Shown piece by piece: positions 1-9,841 of a DNA stretch of 64,000 nucleotides. The number at the start of each line of letters is the position of its first letter. Position 1 is the first letter of the stretch. The notes beneath the pieces were generated by a model. The model was not told where the DNA came from. It saw only the letters and a list, made by a program, of their open reading frames with translations, and did no database searches. The DNA is taken from positions 141,529-205,528 of the forward strand of contig CAZIDP010000002.1 in assembly GCA_964537975.1 (NCBI GenBank). Direction: 5' to 3'. The position numbers and the translations under genes are program-made. This DNA is from an uncultured Nitrospirales bacterium (lineage in GTDB: Bacteria > Hydrogenedentota > Hydrogenedentia > Hydrogenedentales > SCBR16-9).

Positions 1-80
1 TGTTTTATTGAATATTTTGCGCAAAAATGGTATCCTGTAACCCAAACTCAAGGCTGATTTATCCGGGATGGGAGTCATCC

Positions 81-2621
81 ATGTACGAAGCATTTTATGG
101 CCTGCGCGAAAAACCTTTTAACCTCACACCTGACCCCAAATACCTGTTTTTAAGCGAAAAACATCGAGAAGCTTTTGCGCATCTCGTGTATGGAATTAAA
201 AACGGCAATGGGTTTGTCTTGATTTCTGGCGAAATCGGTACGGGTAAAACAACCATTACCCGCAATCTTTTACAGCAATTGGATGATGAAACAGAAGTAG
301 CCTTTATTTTTAACCCGTCACTGGCACCCGTTGAATTGCTCAAAAAAATCAACCAGGAATTTGGTGTCGATGCCCGATCAGATACCGTTCTTGGCTTGGT
401 TGACCGTTTGAATGTCCACTTGCTGGAAGCCAATACACAGGGGAAAAGTTGTGTATTGGTCATTGACGAGGCACAGAATCTATCACCACAAGTGCTTGAA
501 CAGATCAGACTGCTGTCCAATCTGGAAACAGAAACGCAAAAGCTGTTGCAGATTGTGTTAATTGGTCAACCAGAACTTATGGAAATGCTGTCACTCCATG
601 AGTTACGCCAGCTTAATCAACGTATTACAGCCCGCTACCACCTCACTGCCTTGGATGAAAACGAAACCATACAATACATCGCGTATCGTATCCATGTTGC
701 TGGAGGACGGCGCAAAGTACAGTTTTCCAAAGCGGCTGTCAAACAAGTGTTCAAACACTCCGGGGGCACACCCCGAATGATCAATGCGCTTTGTGATCGT
801 GCTTTACTCATCGGATATACACGCGAGGTACGATCATTAACTCCAGAAATAGTACGACAAGCAGCTCGCGAAGTTTGGGGCGACCCTAAAAAACACAAAC
901 CGTCACCAGTAACCAAGCATAAAGAGAAAACACCACGTCGCTCATGGCAGCTTGGTCGATTTCTACCCAATCCCACTGTATCCTTTATTTTTTTAGTGTT
1001 GGTTTTTGTGGGCATATACTTTGCCCCAATGGCGAAAGAATTTGTGTTAGAGTGGCAAAAGCAGTCTTTGGCATTGCGAATGCATGCTTCAGACAATGCC
1101 GATACCCTACTCAATGAAACAGATGAATCTATTGAAAGTGAAGTTTCGGCAGCAGCGAATATGGAACCTTCGCAAGCAAGTGTTCCGCCATTTCTTGAGC
1201 GGTTGGCCAATTGGGAAAGCAACAACACGGATGAAAATGAATCCCCGGACATCTTGGATGAATTGCAAACGGTAGATGTTGACAATACACTAATAGCTGC
1301 GTTGACGCCAATATTCCGCTATTGGGGTGTTGATATACTGAACCAAATCGATCATGATGCAGATGAATCAGAACTCCGAAAATTTGCAGAAGCACACGGT
1401 TTGGCATTGGAAATCATCAACCCGGCTTTGGAACAAGTGTTTAAACTCAATGTACCTGTTTTAATTACAATGCGTAATGATATAGAAACCGAGTCAGAGT
1501 CAGATACGGTTGGTGCCGAACAGCATTCAATGTGGGTTGCTGTTATGGGTAGAGATAATGGGTCTGAAAAAGTGAAACTGGCATCTGCAGAAAATGAAGT
1601 CGCAACGCCATACAATGCTTTTCGACAGTTTTATTCTGGCCCGGTATATGTGTTTTGGCAAGATTCTGAACCCAATGCGCCAGCTTTGCGCTTGGGTAGA
1701 TCTGGAAATGCAGTCGATCGTTTGAAAGGTATGCTGCGCGAACATGGGCGGTTGCCAGACAGCAATCGCAACAACCAATATGATACAGAGACAGCCACTG
1801 CTGTGGCGGAACTACAAGCAGAAACCGGGTTGACTGTTGACGGAATAGCTGGACGTCAGGTACGTATGGTATTGAGTGCTTGGGCACGCAATGCAGATGG
1901 CAGTGATACTACTGAAGGCAGTTTGCAAATACCCACACCGACGCGAGTTCAACCCAGTCCGGTAATTGCGACGCTGCCTGATGAACAGGAGGTACTCGAA
2001 CCAGAACCAGAAACAGAACAAGAAACAATTGCTCCTGCTGAAGTCCCGTCTATTGTGGCCTTAGCGGCAGAAAATACTCCGAATACCAATCAAACCGAAA
2101 CACAGGATCAACCAGAACCTGATATTGTACCGGATACCCTTGAAGCAGTTGAAGTGGCGCCTCCAGCAGTAATTGAACCACCACAAAACCTGGAAACTGA
2201 AATTGCTGCATCCACCAATGAATCCGATAATCAGGTCACGGGAACAGGCAATCCAATTTCCTTCACAGACGTTTCTGCTGAAGCACCAGATTCCTATGTT
2301 TCCCCGTTATGGCCTTCCCCTTTTTCACCACCTGAAGATTCCGAAGAAGATGCATTGATTTTTCAAGGAGATCAAAGCCCACTACCTCAGCCACCGGGTA
2401 TTTATTTACAATCTCCGGATATTTCAACAACAGAAGACAATGCAAATAATAATGATGCACTAGTACATGTACGCGAATTACCCGAAATGGATTTCTCCGA
2501 TGCTAATGATGACGATGTACACCCAGGTAACAATAACGAAGTTTTAGATGAAGACAATCTAGAAGATACAATTACAACATCTGATTTGACTGAGCAGGCT
2601 CCCTTGCTCCAGAGTGAATAA
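81..2621 (+). CDS. ExeA/GspA-like AAA+ ATPase (type II secretion accessory protein) with peptidoglycan-binding domain and a ~350-aa acidic Pro/Glu/Thr-rich C-terminal tail
   Basis: N-terminus MYEAFYGLREKPF...GEIGTGKT (Walker A)...VIDEAQNL (Walker B) is the typical ExeA/GspA signature. PG_binding_1-like motif LRLGRSGNAVDRLKGMLREHG...TATAVAELQAETGLTVDGIAG. ATG at 81 has a GGAG RBS 6 nt upstream; the track ORF starts at 27 without an RBS. Confidence 0.8.
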   Translation: MYEAFYGLREKPFNLTPDPKYLFLSEKHREAFAHLVYGIKNGNGFVLISGEIGTGKTTITRNLLQQLDDETEVAFIFNPSLAPVELLKKINQEFGVDARSDTVLGLVDRLNVHLLEANTQGKSCVLVIDEAQNLSPQVLEQIRLLSNLETETQKLLQIVLIGQPELMEMLSLHELRQLNQRITARYHLTALDENETIQYIAYRIHVAGGRRKVQFSKAAVKQVFKHSGGTPRMINALCDRALLIGYTREVRSLTPEIVRQAAREVWGDPKKHKPSPVTKHKEKTPRRSWQLGRFLPNPTVSFIFLVLVFVGIYFAPMAKEFVLEWQKQSLALRMHASDNADTLLNETDESIESEVSAAANMEPSQASVPPFLERLANWESNNTDENESPDILDELQTVDVDNTLIAALTPIFRYWGVDILNQIDHDADESELRKFAEAHGLALEIINPALEQVFKLNVPVLITMRNDIETESESDTVGAEQHSMWVAVMGRDNGSEKVKLASAENEVATPYNAFRQFYSGPVYVFWQDSEPNAPALRLGRSGNAVDRLKGMLREHGRLPDSNRNNQYDTETATAVAELQAETGLTVDGIAGRQVRMVLSAWARNADGSDTTEGSLQIPTPTRVQPSPVIATLPDEQEVLEPEPETEQETIAPAEVPSIVALAAENTPNTNQTETQDQPEPDIVPDTLEAVEVAPPAVIEPPQNLETEIAASTNESDNQVTGTGNPISFTDVSAEAPDSYVSPLWPSPFSPPEDSEEDALIFQGDQSPLPQPPGIYLQSPDISTTEDNANNNDALVHVRELPEMDFSDANDDDVHPGNNNEVLDEDNLEDTITTSDLTEQAPLLQSE

Positions 2622-2734
2622 CGAACAGCATTGTAATAGGAAATCATGTTTCAATGCAGCATAAACGAATTCTATAATGATACTGCTACAATCAATAGCA
2701 CATGTCGATTTGGCATGATATATGGGGAGAGCCG

Positions 2735-3820
2735 ATGAGTTCCATCCTGGATGCCTTAAAAAAACTGGAAGAGGAAAAAGCAGCACGACATGCTCGCGAA
2801 TCAATGGTTGAGGAACCATTTAATCCAAAAAACGCAGCAGAAGAGTTGTTCGGTGAAATTGAACCAGGTTCAGTAGCAGTTCACAATGATAATTTTCGAC
2901 TCACCAAATGGACCTTGTTATTTGGTGGTAGCTTTATGCTGCTTATGTTCGGCCTTGTCATCGGATTGGCAACATGGGTAATCATTGCCCTAACACAAGT
3001 CATTCCTGCTCAAACAGAGGGTTCCGTTCAGGTCGCGCAAGTTTTACCTCCAAACCCTGAATTGCAAGCGACTGTGGTCGAAGTGTCATCAGAAAATCTC
3101 CGTGAGCAAAGCGTTCAAGAGATATCAAGCCCAGATATTTTAATTCAGGAAAGGTCTTCCCCTGCAGAAGCGCAATTGGAAATCTCACCGATTGAACCCG
3201 GTGATGAACGCACAACCGCTACAAGCAGCACGGTAGTATCTCAAACTGGCCCTGAACGCGTTCAAATCTTGCCGCAACCTGTTATTGAAGCACAAACAAA
3301 CAGTCAAGATACCCTGGGACAACCAGCAAACGTAGCTTCAACTACCAATGAGCAAGTACCTGTTCAAGTACCGGTACCTGTCCGCACACAAAATGTTAGT
3401 CAGGAACCAATACCAGAATCTCCAGTACCAATAACACCACCGCCACCACGCAATGTTGCATCCATAACAACACAAACAGCATCTACTTATAACTCGCCAG
3501 AAGATAATATTGGTTCTGCCGTATCATCTGGATCAACCAGTGAATCCAAGCGAAATTCGGAGCCAGTGCCAGACAATTTACGCTCCTTGCCGCAACTTCG
3601 CAACACAGAGCGTAACCGGCATGGTTTAGAAGGCATGCGTATTAACATGCTGCGTGAGCCCAGTGACAGCCGTCCCAATGCATTGGCAATTATTAATTTG
3701 AATCGTGTTTTTGTAGGAGAACGAATTCCTGATACCAATGCCAGATTGATCGGTGTTGAGGCTCGCGGCATTGCAATTGAAATTCTTGACAGTCAAGAAC
3801 GCTATTTTGTCGATCATTGA
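2735..3820 (+). CDS. GspB/ExeB-like type II secretion accessory protein (single TM, long Pro/Gln/Thr-rich periplasmic region)
   Basis: N-terminus MSSILDALKKLEEEK resembles the conserved GspB start (MSxILDALRKAE...). One TM helix (LLFGGSFMLLMFGLVIGLATWVII). Immediately downstream of the exeA-like gene. RBS GGGGAGA before ATG 2735. Confidence 0.6.
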   Translation: MSSILDALKKLEEEKAARHARESMVEEPFNPKNAAEELFGEIEPGSVAVHNDNFRLTKWTLLFGGSFMLLMFGLVIGLATWVIIALTQVIPAQTEGSVQVAQVLPPNPELQATVVEVSSENLREQSVQEISSPDILIQERSSPAEAQLEISPIEPGDERTTATSSTVVSQTGPERVQILPQPVIEAQTNSQDTLGQPANVASTTNEQVPVQVPVPVRTQNVSQEPIPESPVPITPPPPRNVASITTQTASTYNSPEDNIGSAVSSGSTSESKRNSEPVPDNLRSLPQLRNTERNRHGLEGMRINMLREPSDSRPNALAIINLNRVFVGERIPDTNARLIGVEARGIAIEILDSQERYFVDH

Positions 3821-3830
3821 GTCGTGTTCC

Positions 3831-4634
3831 CTAAACATATGTTGTTTGTTTACTTGCAACAAAAATCATTTCAGGGGAATCGTCGCAAAGTGGTGATTTG
3901 TCAAAGTTGCCAAAGAGTTGCACGATACTAAAACCGGTCCGTGATAACAAGTGTTCAACCTCATAGCGGAAAAAATATCGTAATGGAAATGATTGAACAT
4001 GACGTTCCTGCAATCCATTGTGATCAGAAATGTAATAGATGAGTTCAACATTATTATATTGTTCTGCCCGATGGGATTGGGCAATTCGACTGCATCTACG
4101 TAATTTTTTGCCGTCTGGCAACGCACACATTGGGACATCCTCAGTTTCTTCTGAACTCTGTGGATTGCATAGCATGTAGAAATTTACCTGAAATAAATCA
4201 AACACCAACAGCCCATTCTCATTAAGATGCTTGGAAACGCTTTTAAGGCAATCAACCTGTTCTTGAATAGAAATCAGATGTTGAAATGGGCGAAATGGGA
4301 TGATGATTAAATCAAATTTGCGGTTGAGTTCAAAGTTAGTCATATTGGAATGAACAAGCTCTATACGTGTGCGGGTATCTTCTGACTGAGAATTGAGATG
4401 ATGCCGACATTGTTCGAGCATATGAGAGGATGAATCCAAGCCGACGATATTGATTCCAGTCATTGCAACAGGTACGAGAATCCGTCCGGTTCCACAGCCC
4501 AACTCAAGAACATTTCCATTAACTTCCCGACATAAATCTACATAAAACTGAATGTCCTTACGATTTGCGTAAAGTGGGAGAGAGTCATATGTGGTAGCAA
4601 CAACGGTATTGTAATTGTTATCTATACTGCACAT
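3831..4634 (-). CDS. class I SAM-dependent methyltransferase
   Basis: Motif I VLELGCGTGR and a Rossmann-like layout. Confidence 0.7.
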   Translation of the reverse strand: MCSIDNNYNTVVATTYDSLPLYANRKDIQFYVDLCREVNGNVLELGCGTGRILVPVAMTGINIVGLDSSSHMLEQCRHHLNSQSEDTRTRIELVHSNMTNFELNRKFDLIIIPFRPFQHLISIQEQVDCLKSVSKHLNENGLLVFDLFQVNFYMLCNPQSSEETEDVPMCALPDGKKLRRCSRIAQSHRAEQYNNVELIYYISDHNGLQERHVQSFPLRYFFRYEVEHLLSRTGFSIVQLFGNFDKSPLCDDSPEMIFVASKQTTYV

Positions 4635-5110
4635 TTTGTTTTCCAGCCGAACATTTCATAATACCAATTTTGTTTTTATCAGCATCATTTTTATGCATAC
4701 TCGGTAGAAATCGGATTGAAAATAATATGTTCCAAGTAACATGTGTACAATTTTATCAATTATGGACTATTGATGATTCAGAAGTTTGTAAAATAATTTA
4801 TACACTGTTGATTGTTGCATGAGTTTATCATTAATTAGTATTAAGTTATTAGTTCAATAGCTTTTATATCGTTGCATATTATCATGGCAAAATTATACAC
4901 TCTTATTGGTTGCGCCTGAATTGCTAATGAGCAAAATGTTACGTATGCATAATAAATTATACCTCTGGACAGCAATGTACTGTTGCCAAATGTTTGTTAT
5001 GATGCTAATCCTGCCCTGTGCAACCAGAAAGTTAGTATTCTTTCTAACAGGGTAGCTATGTAAGATTTGCTACTTCACCTCAAGGTATTCCTCACAGACA
5101 AGGAGACACC

Positions 5111-6301
5111 ATGTTCGAGAAACACGATGCCGCCCCGCCAGATGCCATTCTTGGCTTAACCGAAGCTTTTAAAAAAGATACCAATCCCAAAAAGGTAAAT
5201 TTAGGTGTTGGTGTATACAAAGATGCAAACAACGAGACACCTATTTTGGGCACCGTGAAAAAAGCAGAAGAAATCCTGTTGCAGAAAGAGCAAACGAAAA
5301 GCTACCTGCCCATCTCCGGAGCACCATCGTATGGTGTAAAAGTACAGGAGCTGCTTTTTGGCGCTGATCATGAGATTATTAAAAATACTCGTGCGCATAC
5401 AGCACAAACTCCCGGCGGTACAGGAGCATTGCGGGTAGCTGGTGACTTAATAACGCACCTTTTTCCTGGTAGTACTCTGTGGATGAGCAATCCCACATGG
5501 AACAACCACCCCGCAATATTTGAAGCCGCTGGTCTTCCGATGAAAGAATATCCATATTACGATTATTCCACTAAAAAGCTCGACTTTGAAGGTATGTTGA
5601 ATACGTTTAAAGATATTCCGGAAGGTGATGTAGTTCTACTACATGCATGTTGCCATAACCCCAGTGGCATGGACCCCGATTTGGAGCAATGGCAAGCCAT
5701 TGCCCAAATTGCACGTGAACGCAAATGGTTGCCGTTTTTTGATTTTGCCTACCAGGGATTCGCTGAAGGTCTGGAGGCCGATGCCGCTGGCATAAAGGCT
5801 TTCTGTCATGAAGGTTGCGAATTGTTAATTTGCAGTTCTTTCTCGAAAAATTTTGGCCTGTACAATGAGCGTACCGGCGCATTGACGGTGGTTGGTGCAA
5901 CGAAAGATGCTGCTGATAAGGTTTTCAGTCATGTAAAGACACGTATTCGCAGTAACTATTCCAATCCGCCTTACCATGGTGGCGGTATTGTGGACATCAT
6001 TCTTAGTGACACAGAATTGCGCCGAGAGTGGGAAGAAGAAGTCAAAGAAATGCGGGACCGCATCAACAGTATGCGTCATCGATTTGTAGACACCCTTGCC
6101 TCAAAAGGTGTGAATCAGGATTTTTCTTTCATCACAACCCAGAGTGGAATGTTTTCTTTTTCCGGGTTGAACAAGCAACAGGTGGAAATCCTGCGTGAAA
6201 AGTATGCTATTTACATCGTAGGTTCCGGACGTATAAATGTAGCAGGAATAACCGAAGATAACCTCGATTATCTCTGCTCGGCCATAGCAGACGTTCTGTA
6301 A
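5111..6301 (+). CDS. aspC: aspartate/aromatic amino acid aminotransferase (class I PLP-dependent)
   Basis: LGVGVYKD...SKNFGLYNERTGAL (PLP-lysine region) and AspC/TyrB-like length. Strong RBS AAGGAGA before the ATG. Confidence 0.85.
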   Translation: MFEKHDAAPPDAILGLTEAFKKDTNPKKVNLGVGVYKDANNETPILGTVKKAEEILLQKEQTKSYLPISGAPSYGVKVQELLFGADHEIIKNTRAHTAQTPGGTGALRVAGDLITHLFPGSTLWMSNPTWNNHPAIFEAAGLPMKEYPYYDYSTKKLDFEGMLNTFKDIPEGDVVLLHACCHNPSGMDPDLEQWQAIAQIARERKWLPFFDFAYQGFAEGLEADAAGIKAFCHEGCELLICSSFSKNFGLYNERTGALTVVGATKDAADKVFSHVKTRIRSNYSNPPYHGGGIVDIILSDTELRREWEEEVKEMRDRINSMRHRFVDTLASKGVNQDFSFITTQSGMFSFSGLNKQQVEILREKYAIYIVGSGRINVAGITEDNLDYLCSAIADVL

Positions 6302-6356
6302 TTCTGTTGGCTCCTGGAATTCAGCATGAAATTCTGTCCCGGGGATGTGGAAACCA

Positions 6357-7022
6357 CTATGTCGTCATATCGGCAAGATAATGTGAAAGTACATATTCCC
6401 GGGCTTCTGCTAATGTGTCGCATACTGCGGTCGGCTCCAAAGCTTCCAGCTCTTTTCGAGTATTGTATCCGGTGGTAACAGCAATACACGCTACACCTGC
6501 GCTTTGTGCCGCTTTGACATCAAAATGCATGTCACCTACAAAAAGCATTTCATCCGCTCCAACCTCCAGATTCTCCATAGATCGAAGTAGTGCTTCCGGA
6601 TGCGGCTTCGGGTGTTTCACTTCATCCGGCCCAACGCGAGACGTAAAATAATGTAGTATGCCAAGATATTCAAGAATGCGCTCGGATGCAGACAATTTTT
6701 TGGATGTCGCAAAACCCATTTTCAGACCTGCATTATCAAATGCAGCAAGTGTCTCCGACACATCAGGAAGCAGGTGAGTCATGTCACTCGCAATTGTTTT
6801 ATGGTATTCCCGGTAAATATCTACATAGTGTTCCAGGTCATCATGTTCACCTAATAGTATAGCCAATTGATCGATCAAGGGATATCCAATACTGTCTACC
6901 ACTTTTTTTCTGGGTGGCCGTTCAATATTCAATGTATCAAAGAGGTGGTAACAGGACTGGACGATGGCTTCTGTTGAATCAATTAGTGTGCCATCAAGAT
7001 CAAAAACAACTGCGCGTAACAT
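6357..7022 (-). CDS. HAD-superfamily hydrolase (phosphoglycolate phosphatase-like)
   Basis: N-terminal DxD motif VVFDLDGTLIDS; C-terminal GDMHFD motif. Confidence 0.75.
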   Translation of the reverse strand: MLRAVVFDLDGTLIDSTEAIVQSCYHLFDTLNIERPPRKKVVDSIGYPLIDQLAILLGEHDDLEHYVDIYREYHKTIASDMTHLLPDVSETLAAFDNAGLKMGFATSKKLSASERILEYLGILHYFTSRVGPDEVKHPKPHPEALLRSMENLEVGADEMLFVGDMHFDVKAAQSAGVACIAVTTGYNTRKELEALEPTAVCDTLAEAREYVLSHYLADMTT

Positions 7023-7071
7023 GTACTATATACTCCTAATAAAAAATTAAATTACATGAAGCAATTACACT

Positions 7072-7686
7072 TCATTTTATCCGGACGATGCGGCCTTCAA
7101 CCTGAATGCGTCCTTCAGAAATGAGCTGAATTGCTTTGGGATAAATTTCGCGCTCTTTGGCCATGACCCGTTCTGCAAGAGAGTCTAGTGTATCATCTTC
7201 GCGTACAGGTACCGTATCTTGCATGATGATAGGGCCGTGATCGTACAATGGGTCGACAAAATGTACCGTCACACCGGTAATCTTTGCCCCGTACTTCAAC
7301 ACAGCTTCATGCACATGATGCCCATACATCCCCTTGCCACAAAAGGCAGGAATTAACCCAGGGTGAACGTTAACAATGCGATTCTCAAAGTCCGGTGGTA
7401 TTTCCAACAACGACATAAACCCGGCAAGTACTACAAGTTCTGCGTTATGGCCGCAGATAAATTGCCAGATATCGGCATTAAATTTTCCAAGGTCCTCGTA
7501 TTGTTTCCTGGGGAATGCTCTGGCAGGAATACCATGATCTTCAGCTCGTACCAAACCATACGCATCACTGCGAGAAGATGCGACACATACAATCTGAGCA
7601 TCCAGTGTCTTCTTTTCAATGTGGTCAATAATATTTTGCAAGGTAGAGCCACTACCGGACAATAACACGGCTATCTTTAAGGTCAT
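7072..7686 (-). CDS. purN: phosphoribosylglycinamide formyltransferase
   Basis: IAVLLSGSGSTLQNI...HPGLIPAF...GAKITGVTVHFVD are formyl-transferase motifs. ATG 7686 has a GAGG RBS; the track start 7701 is a GTG. Confidence 0.85.
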   Translation of the reverse strand: MTLKIAVLLSGSGSTLQNIIDHIEKKTLDAQIVCVASSRSDAYGLVRAEDHGIPARAFPRKQYEDLGKFNADIWQFICGHNAELVVLAGFMSLLEIPPDFENRIVNVHPGLIPAFCGKGMYGHHVHEAVLKYGAKITGVTVHFVDPLYDHGPIIMQDTVPVREDDTLDSLAERVMAKEREIYPKAIQLISEGRIQVEGRIVRIK

Positions 7687-7750
7687 GCCACATCCTCTCA
7701 CCAGATTATTTATCTATTTGTTTGTTTTTTCAGAAAAGAATAACACTGTA

Positions 7751-8590
7751 TTATGCGTGTGGCCAGATACCACTAAATGCTTCTTCAGCAGGACCTTCCT
7801 GGTAGACACAGCCGTCTTCTTCCCAGGATATTGTCAGCACACCAAATACAAGGTGTACCTGTACACGCCGGTTTACCTGCTCTGTTAACATGGAAGCCAA
7901 CGCTGCGCCGCAGGAGCCGCTCCCGCTTGCCATGGTGATACCACTTCCTCGTTCCCAAATGCGCATTACAATATTGTCCCGATCTTTAACCGTAACGAAC
8001 TCCACATTGGTGCGCTTTGGGAAAGCAACATGATTTTCAATCAAAGGGCCAAGCTGGAGTAAATCAACCTTGGTTGCATCTTTTACAAACACTACGGCAT
8101 GCGGGTTACCAATATTAACACAGGTGACTTCAATGTTCTCTGATCCTATGGGCAGAGGCTCACTGATAACTTTTCCTGGAGCACCAGCCATCGGAATTTC
8201 CGTGCGATCAAATTTCGGAGTTCCCATATTGGAACGAACACGCACAACTTTTTCCTTTTCAATTTTCAAAGATACTTTATTGGGCCCTGCCAAAGTATCT
8301 ATTACAAATTCTGTTTTATCCGTCATCTTGCGTTCATAGACATATTTTGCGAAACACCGAATTCCATTACCACAGGTTTCCGCTTCACTTCCATCGGCAT
8401 TGAAAATTCTCATTTTAAAATCATGCGATTCGTGGGGAAGAATCAGAATAATGCCATCTGCACCAACACCAAGATGTCGATGACTCATTGCTTTCGATAG
8501 CGCTCCAAAATCAGCCGTGGTTAACTTGTCATGTTCAATAAATAGATAGTCATTTCCCAAGCCATGCAATTTAGTGAATGGAATGGCCAT
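7751..8590 (-). CDS. dapF: diaminopimelate epimerase
   Basis: MAIPFTKLHGLGNDYLFIE N-terminus and the GNGIRC catalytic Cys motif. Confidence 0.85.
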   Translation of the reverse strand: MAIPFTKLHGLGNDYLFIEHDKLTTADFGALSKAMSHRHLGVGADGIILILPHESHDFKMRIFNADGSEAETCGNGIRCFAKYVYERKMTDKTEFVIDTLAGPNKVSLKIEKEKVVRVRSNMGTPKFDRTEIPMAGAPGKVISEPLPIGSENIEVTCVNIGNPHAVVFVKDATKVDLLQLGPLIENHVAFPKRTNVEFVTVKDRDNIVMRIWERGSGITMASGSGSCGAALASMLTEQVNRRVQVHLVFGVLTISWEEDGCVYQEGPAEEAFSGIWPHA

Positions 8591-8592
8591 TA

Positions 8593-9663
8593 TTAAATCT
8601 GTCCTTTCTCTACTTTATGCTGTGATGCTTTGCGTATAGCAGCTTCAATAAATAATGTAACCATGTCTGGGTACGAAATCCCGGCTGCTGCAGCAGCCTG
8701 TGGGTATAGCGAAGTCTGTGTTAAACCGGGAACCGTGTTAACTTCCAGCCAAATTGGTGTGTCACCATATACTATAAAATCGCTTCGACTCCACCCTTCA
8801 CATCCCACGATATCATGCACATGCAAAGCAATATCCTGTATTTTCTCCGTTAATTCAGGAGCAATCCTTGCCGGAGTTATCTCTTCTGATGCTCCCGGTG
8901 TATACTTGGCCTCATAATCAAAATAACTGCTACTACGAGGACGGATTTCAGTCAGAGGGAGGGGACGAATCAGACCATTTGCCTCTGAATCAAGTACACC
9001 ACAGGTTATCTCCAAACCCGCAATATATTCTTCAACCATTATCATGTCATCAATCTCCAATACCTCTGACATGCCTTTACGAAAAGCCGCTTCATCACTG
9101 GCAATTACGATGCCAAAACTGGAGCCTTGACGGTTAGCCTTAATAACACATGGAAAACCAATGTCGTTTCTAACCGTATTCACAACAGTATCCTGGTCGA
9201 CAATCCAAGTAGTTCGGTCCAGTGCGACATGCCCTGCGACCCGTACTCCCTGAGCCTGTACAACCGCCTTACAGCGAATCTTGTCGAATGCCAGTGCGCT
9301 TGCCGCACAGCCCGATCCTGTATAGGGAATATCCAGCGTATCCAGGAATCCCTGGATTTTGCCATCTTCACCAAATGCGCCATGAAGCGCAACAAAAATA
9401 CAGGTTGGAGACATCGTCTTTAAATAAATTACCGCATCAAAGATTGACATGGGTGAACATTCTGGGAAACACCACATGCCATCCCGGTCTATAAGCACTG
9501 GCGTTGTGTCATATTTGGATTGGTCAATTGATTTTAATACCATATTACCAGAATTTACAGATACATCATGCTCAAGACTGGGTCCCCCCATCAATACAAT
9601 AATTTTCAGCTGTGTACTCACGACTACATTCTCCTGTAACAAATTTGGCAATCCTGATAGCAT
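8593..9663 (-). CDS. ddl: D-alanine--D-alanine ligase
   Basis: KIIVLMGGPSLEHDVS...ATP-grasp motifs (GEDGKIQG, LEVNTVPG). The start codon is uncertain; the track ORF extends to 9777. Confidence 0.75.
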   Translation of the reverse strand: MLSGLPNLLQENVVVSTQLKIIVLMGGPSLEHDVSVNSGNMVLKSIDQSKYDTTPVLIDRDGMWCFPECSPMSIFDAVIYLKTMSPTCIFVALHGAFGEDGKIQGFLDTLDIPYTGSGCAASALAFDKIRCKAVVQAQGVRVAGHVALDRTTWIVDQDTVVNTVRNDIGFPCVIKANRQGSSFGIVIASDEAAFRKGMSEVLEIDDMIMVEEYIAGLEITCGVLDSEANGLIRPLPLTEIRPRSSSYFDYEAKYTPGASEEITPARIAPELTEKIQDIALHVHDIVGCEGWSRSDFIVYGDTPIWLEVNTVPGLTQTSLYPQAAAAAGISYPDMVTLFIEAAIRKASQHKVEKGQI

Positions 9664-9841
9664 GCTACCCGATTGCTTGCCCCAACATGTTGTGTTAAAA
9701 TTTCTCTTATACCCCATCAAAGCTACCAGTTCCCAGGAATAGAAAAAAGCAATTTTCACCATTGACTCATGCTTCACAGGGTGCTATCTTGAATCCTGTC
9801 TTAATGATATCTATTTCAATTTAGGACAGGGAGAATACACC

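Noticed and set aside
27-80. Upstream extension of the ExeA ORF (track start at 27)
   Set aside because: There is no RBS before the ATG at 27. The ATG at 81 has GGAG at -10 to -7 and yields the canonical ExeA N-terminus MYEAFYGL.
635-1285. 216-aa antisense ORF inside exeA (and other embedded antisense ORFs such as 46063-46803 in recN and 15323-15796 in acylase 1)
   Set aside because: They are fully embedded opposite well-supported genes. They are Ser/Arg/Cys-rich with atypical composition and have no start context.
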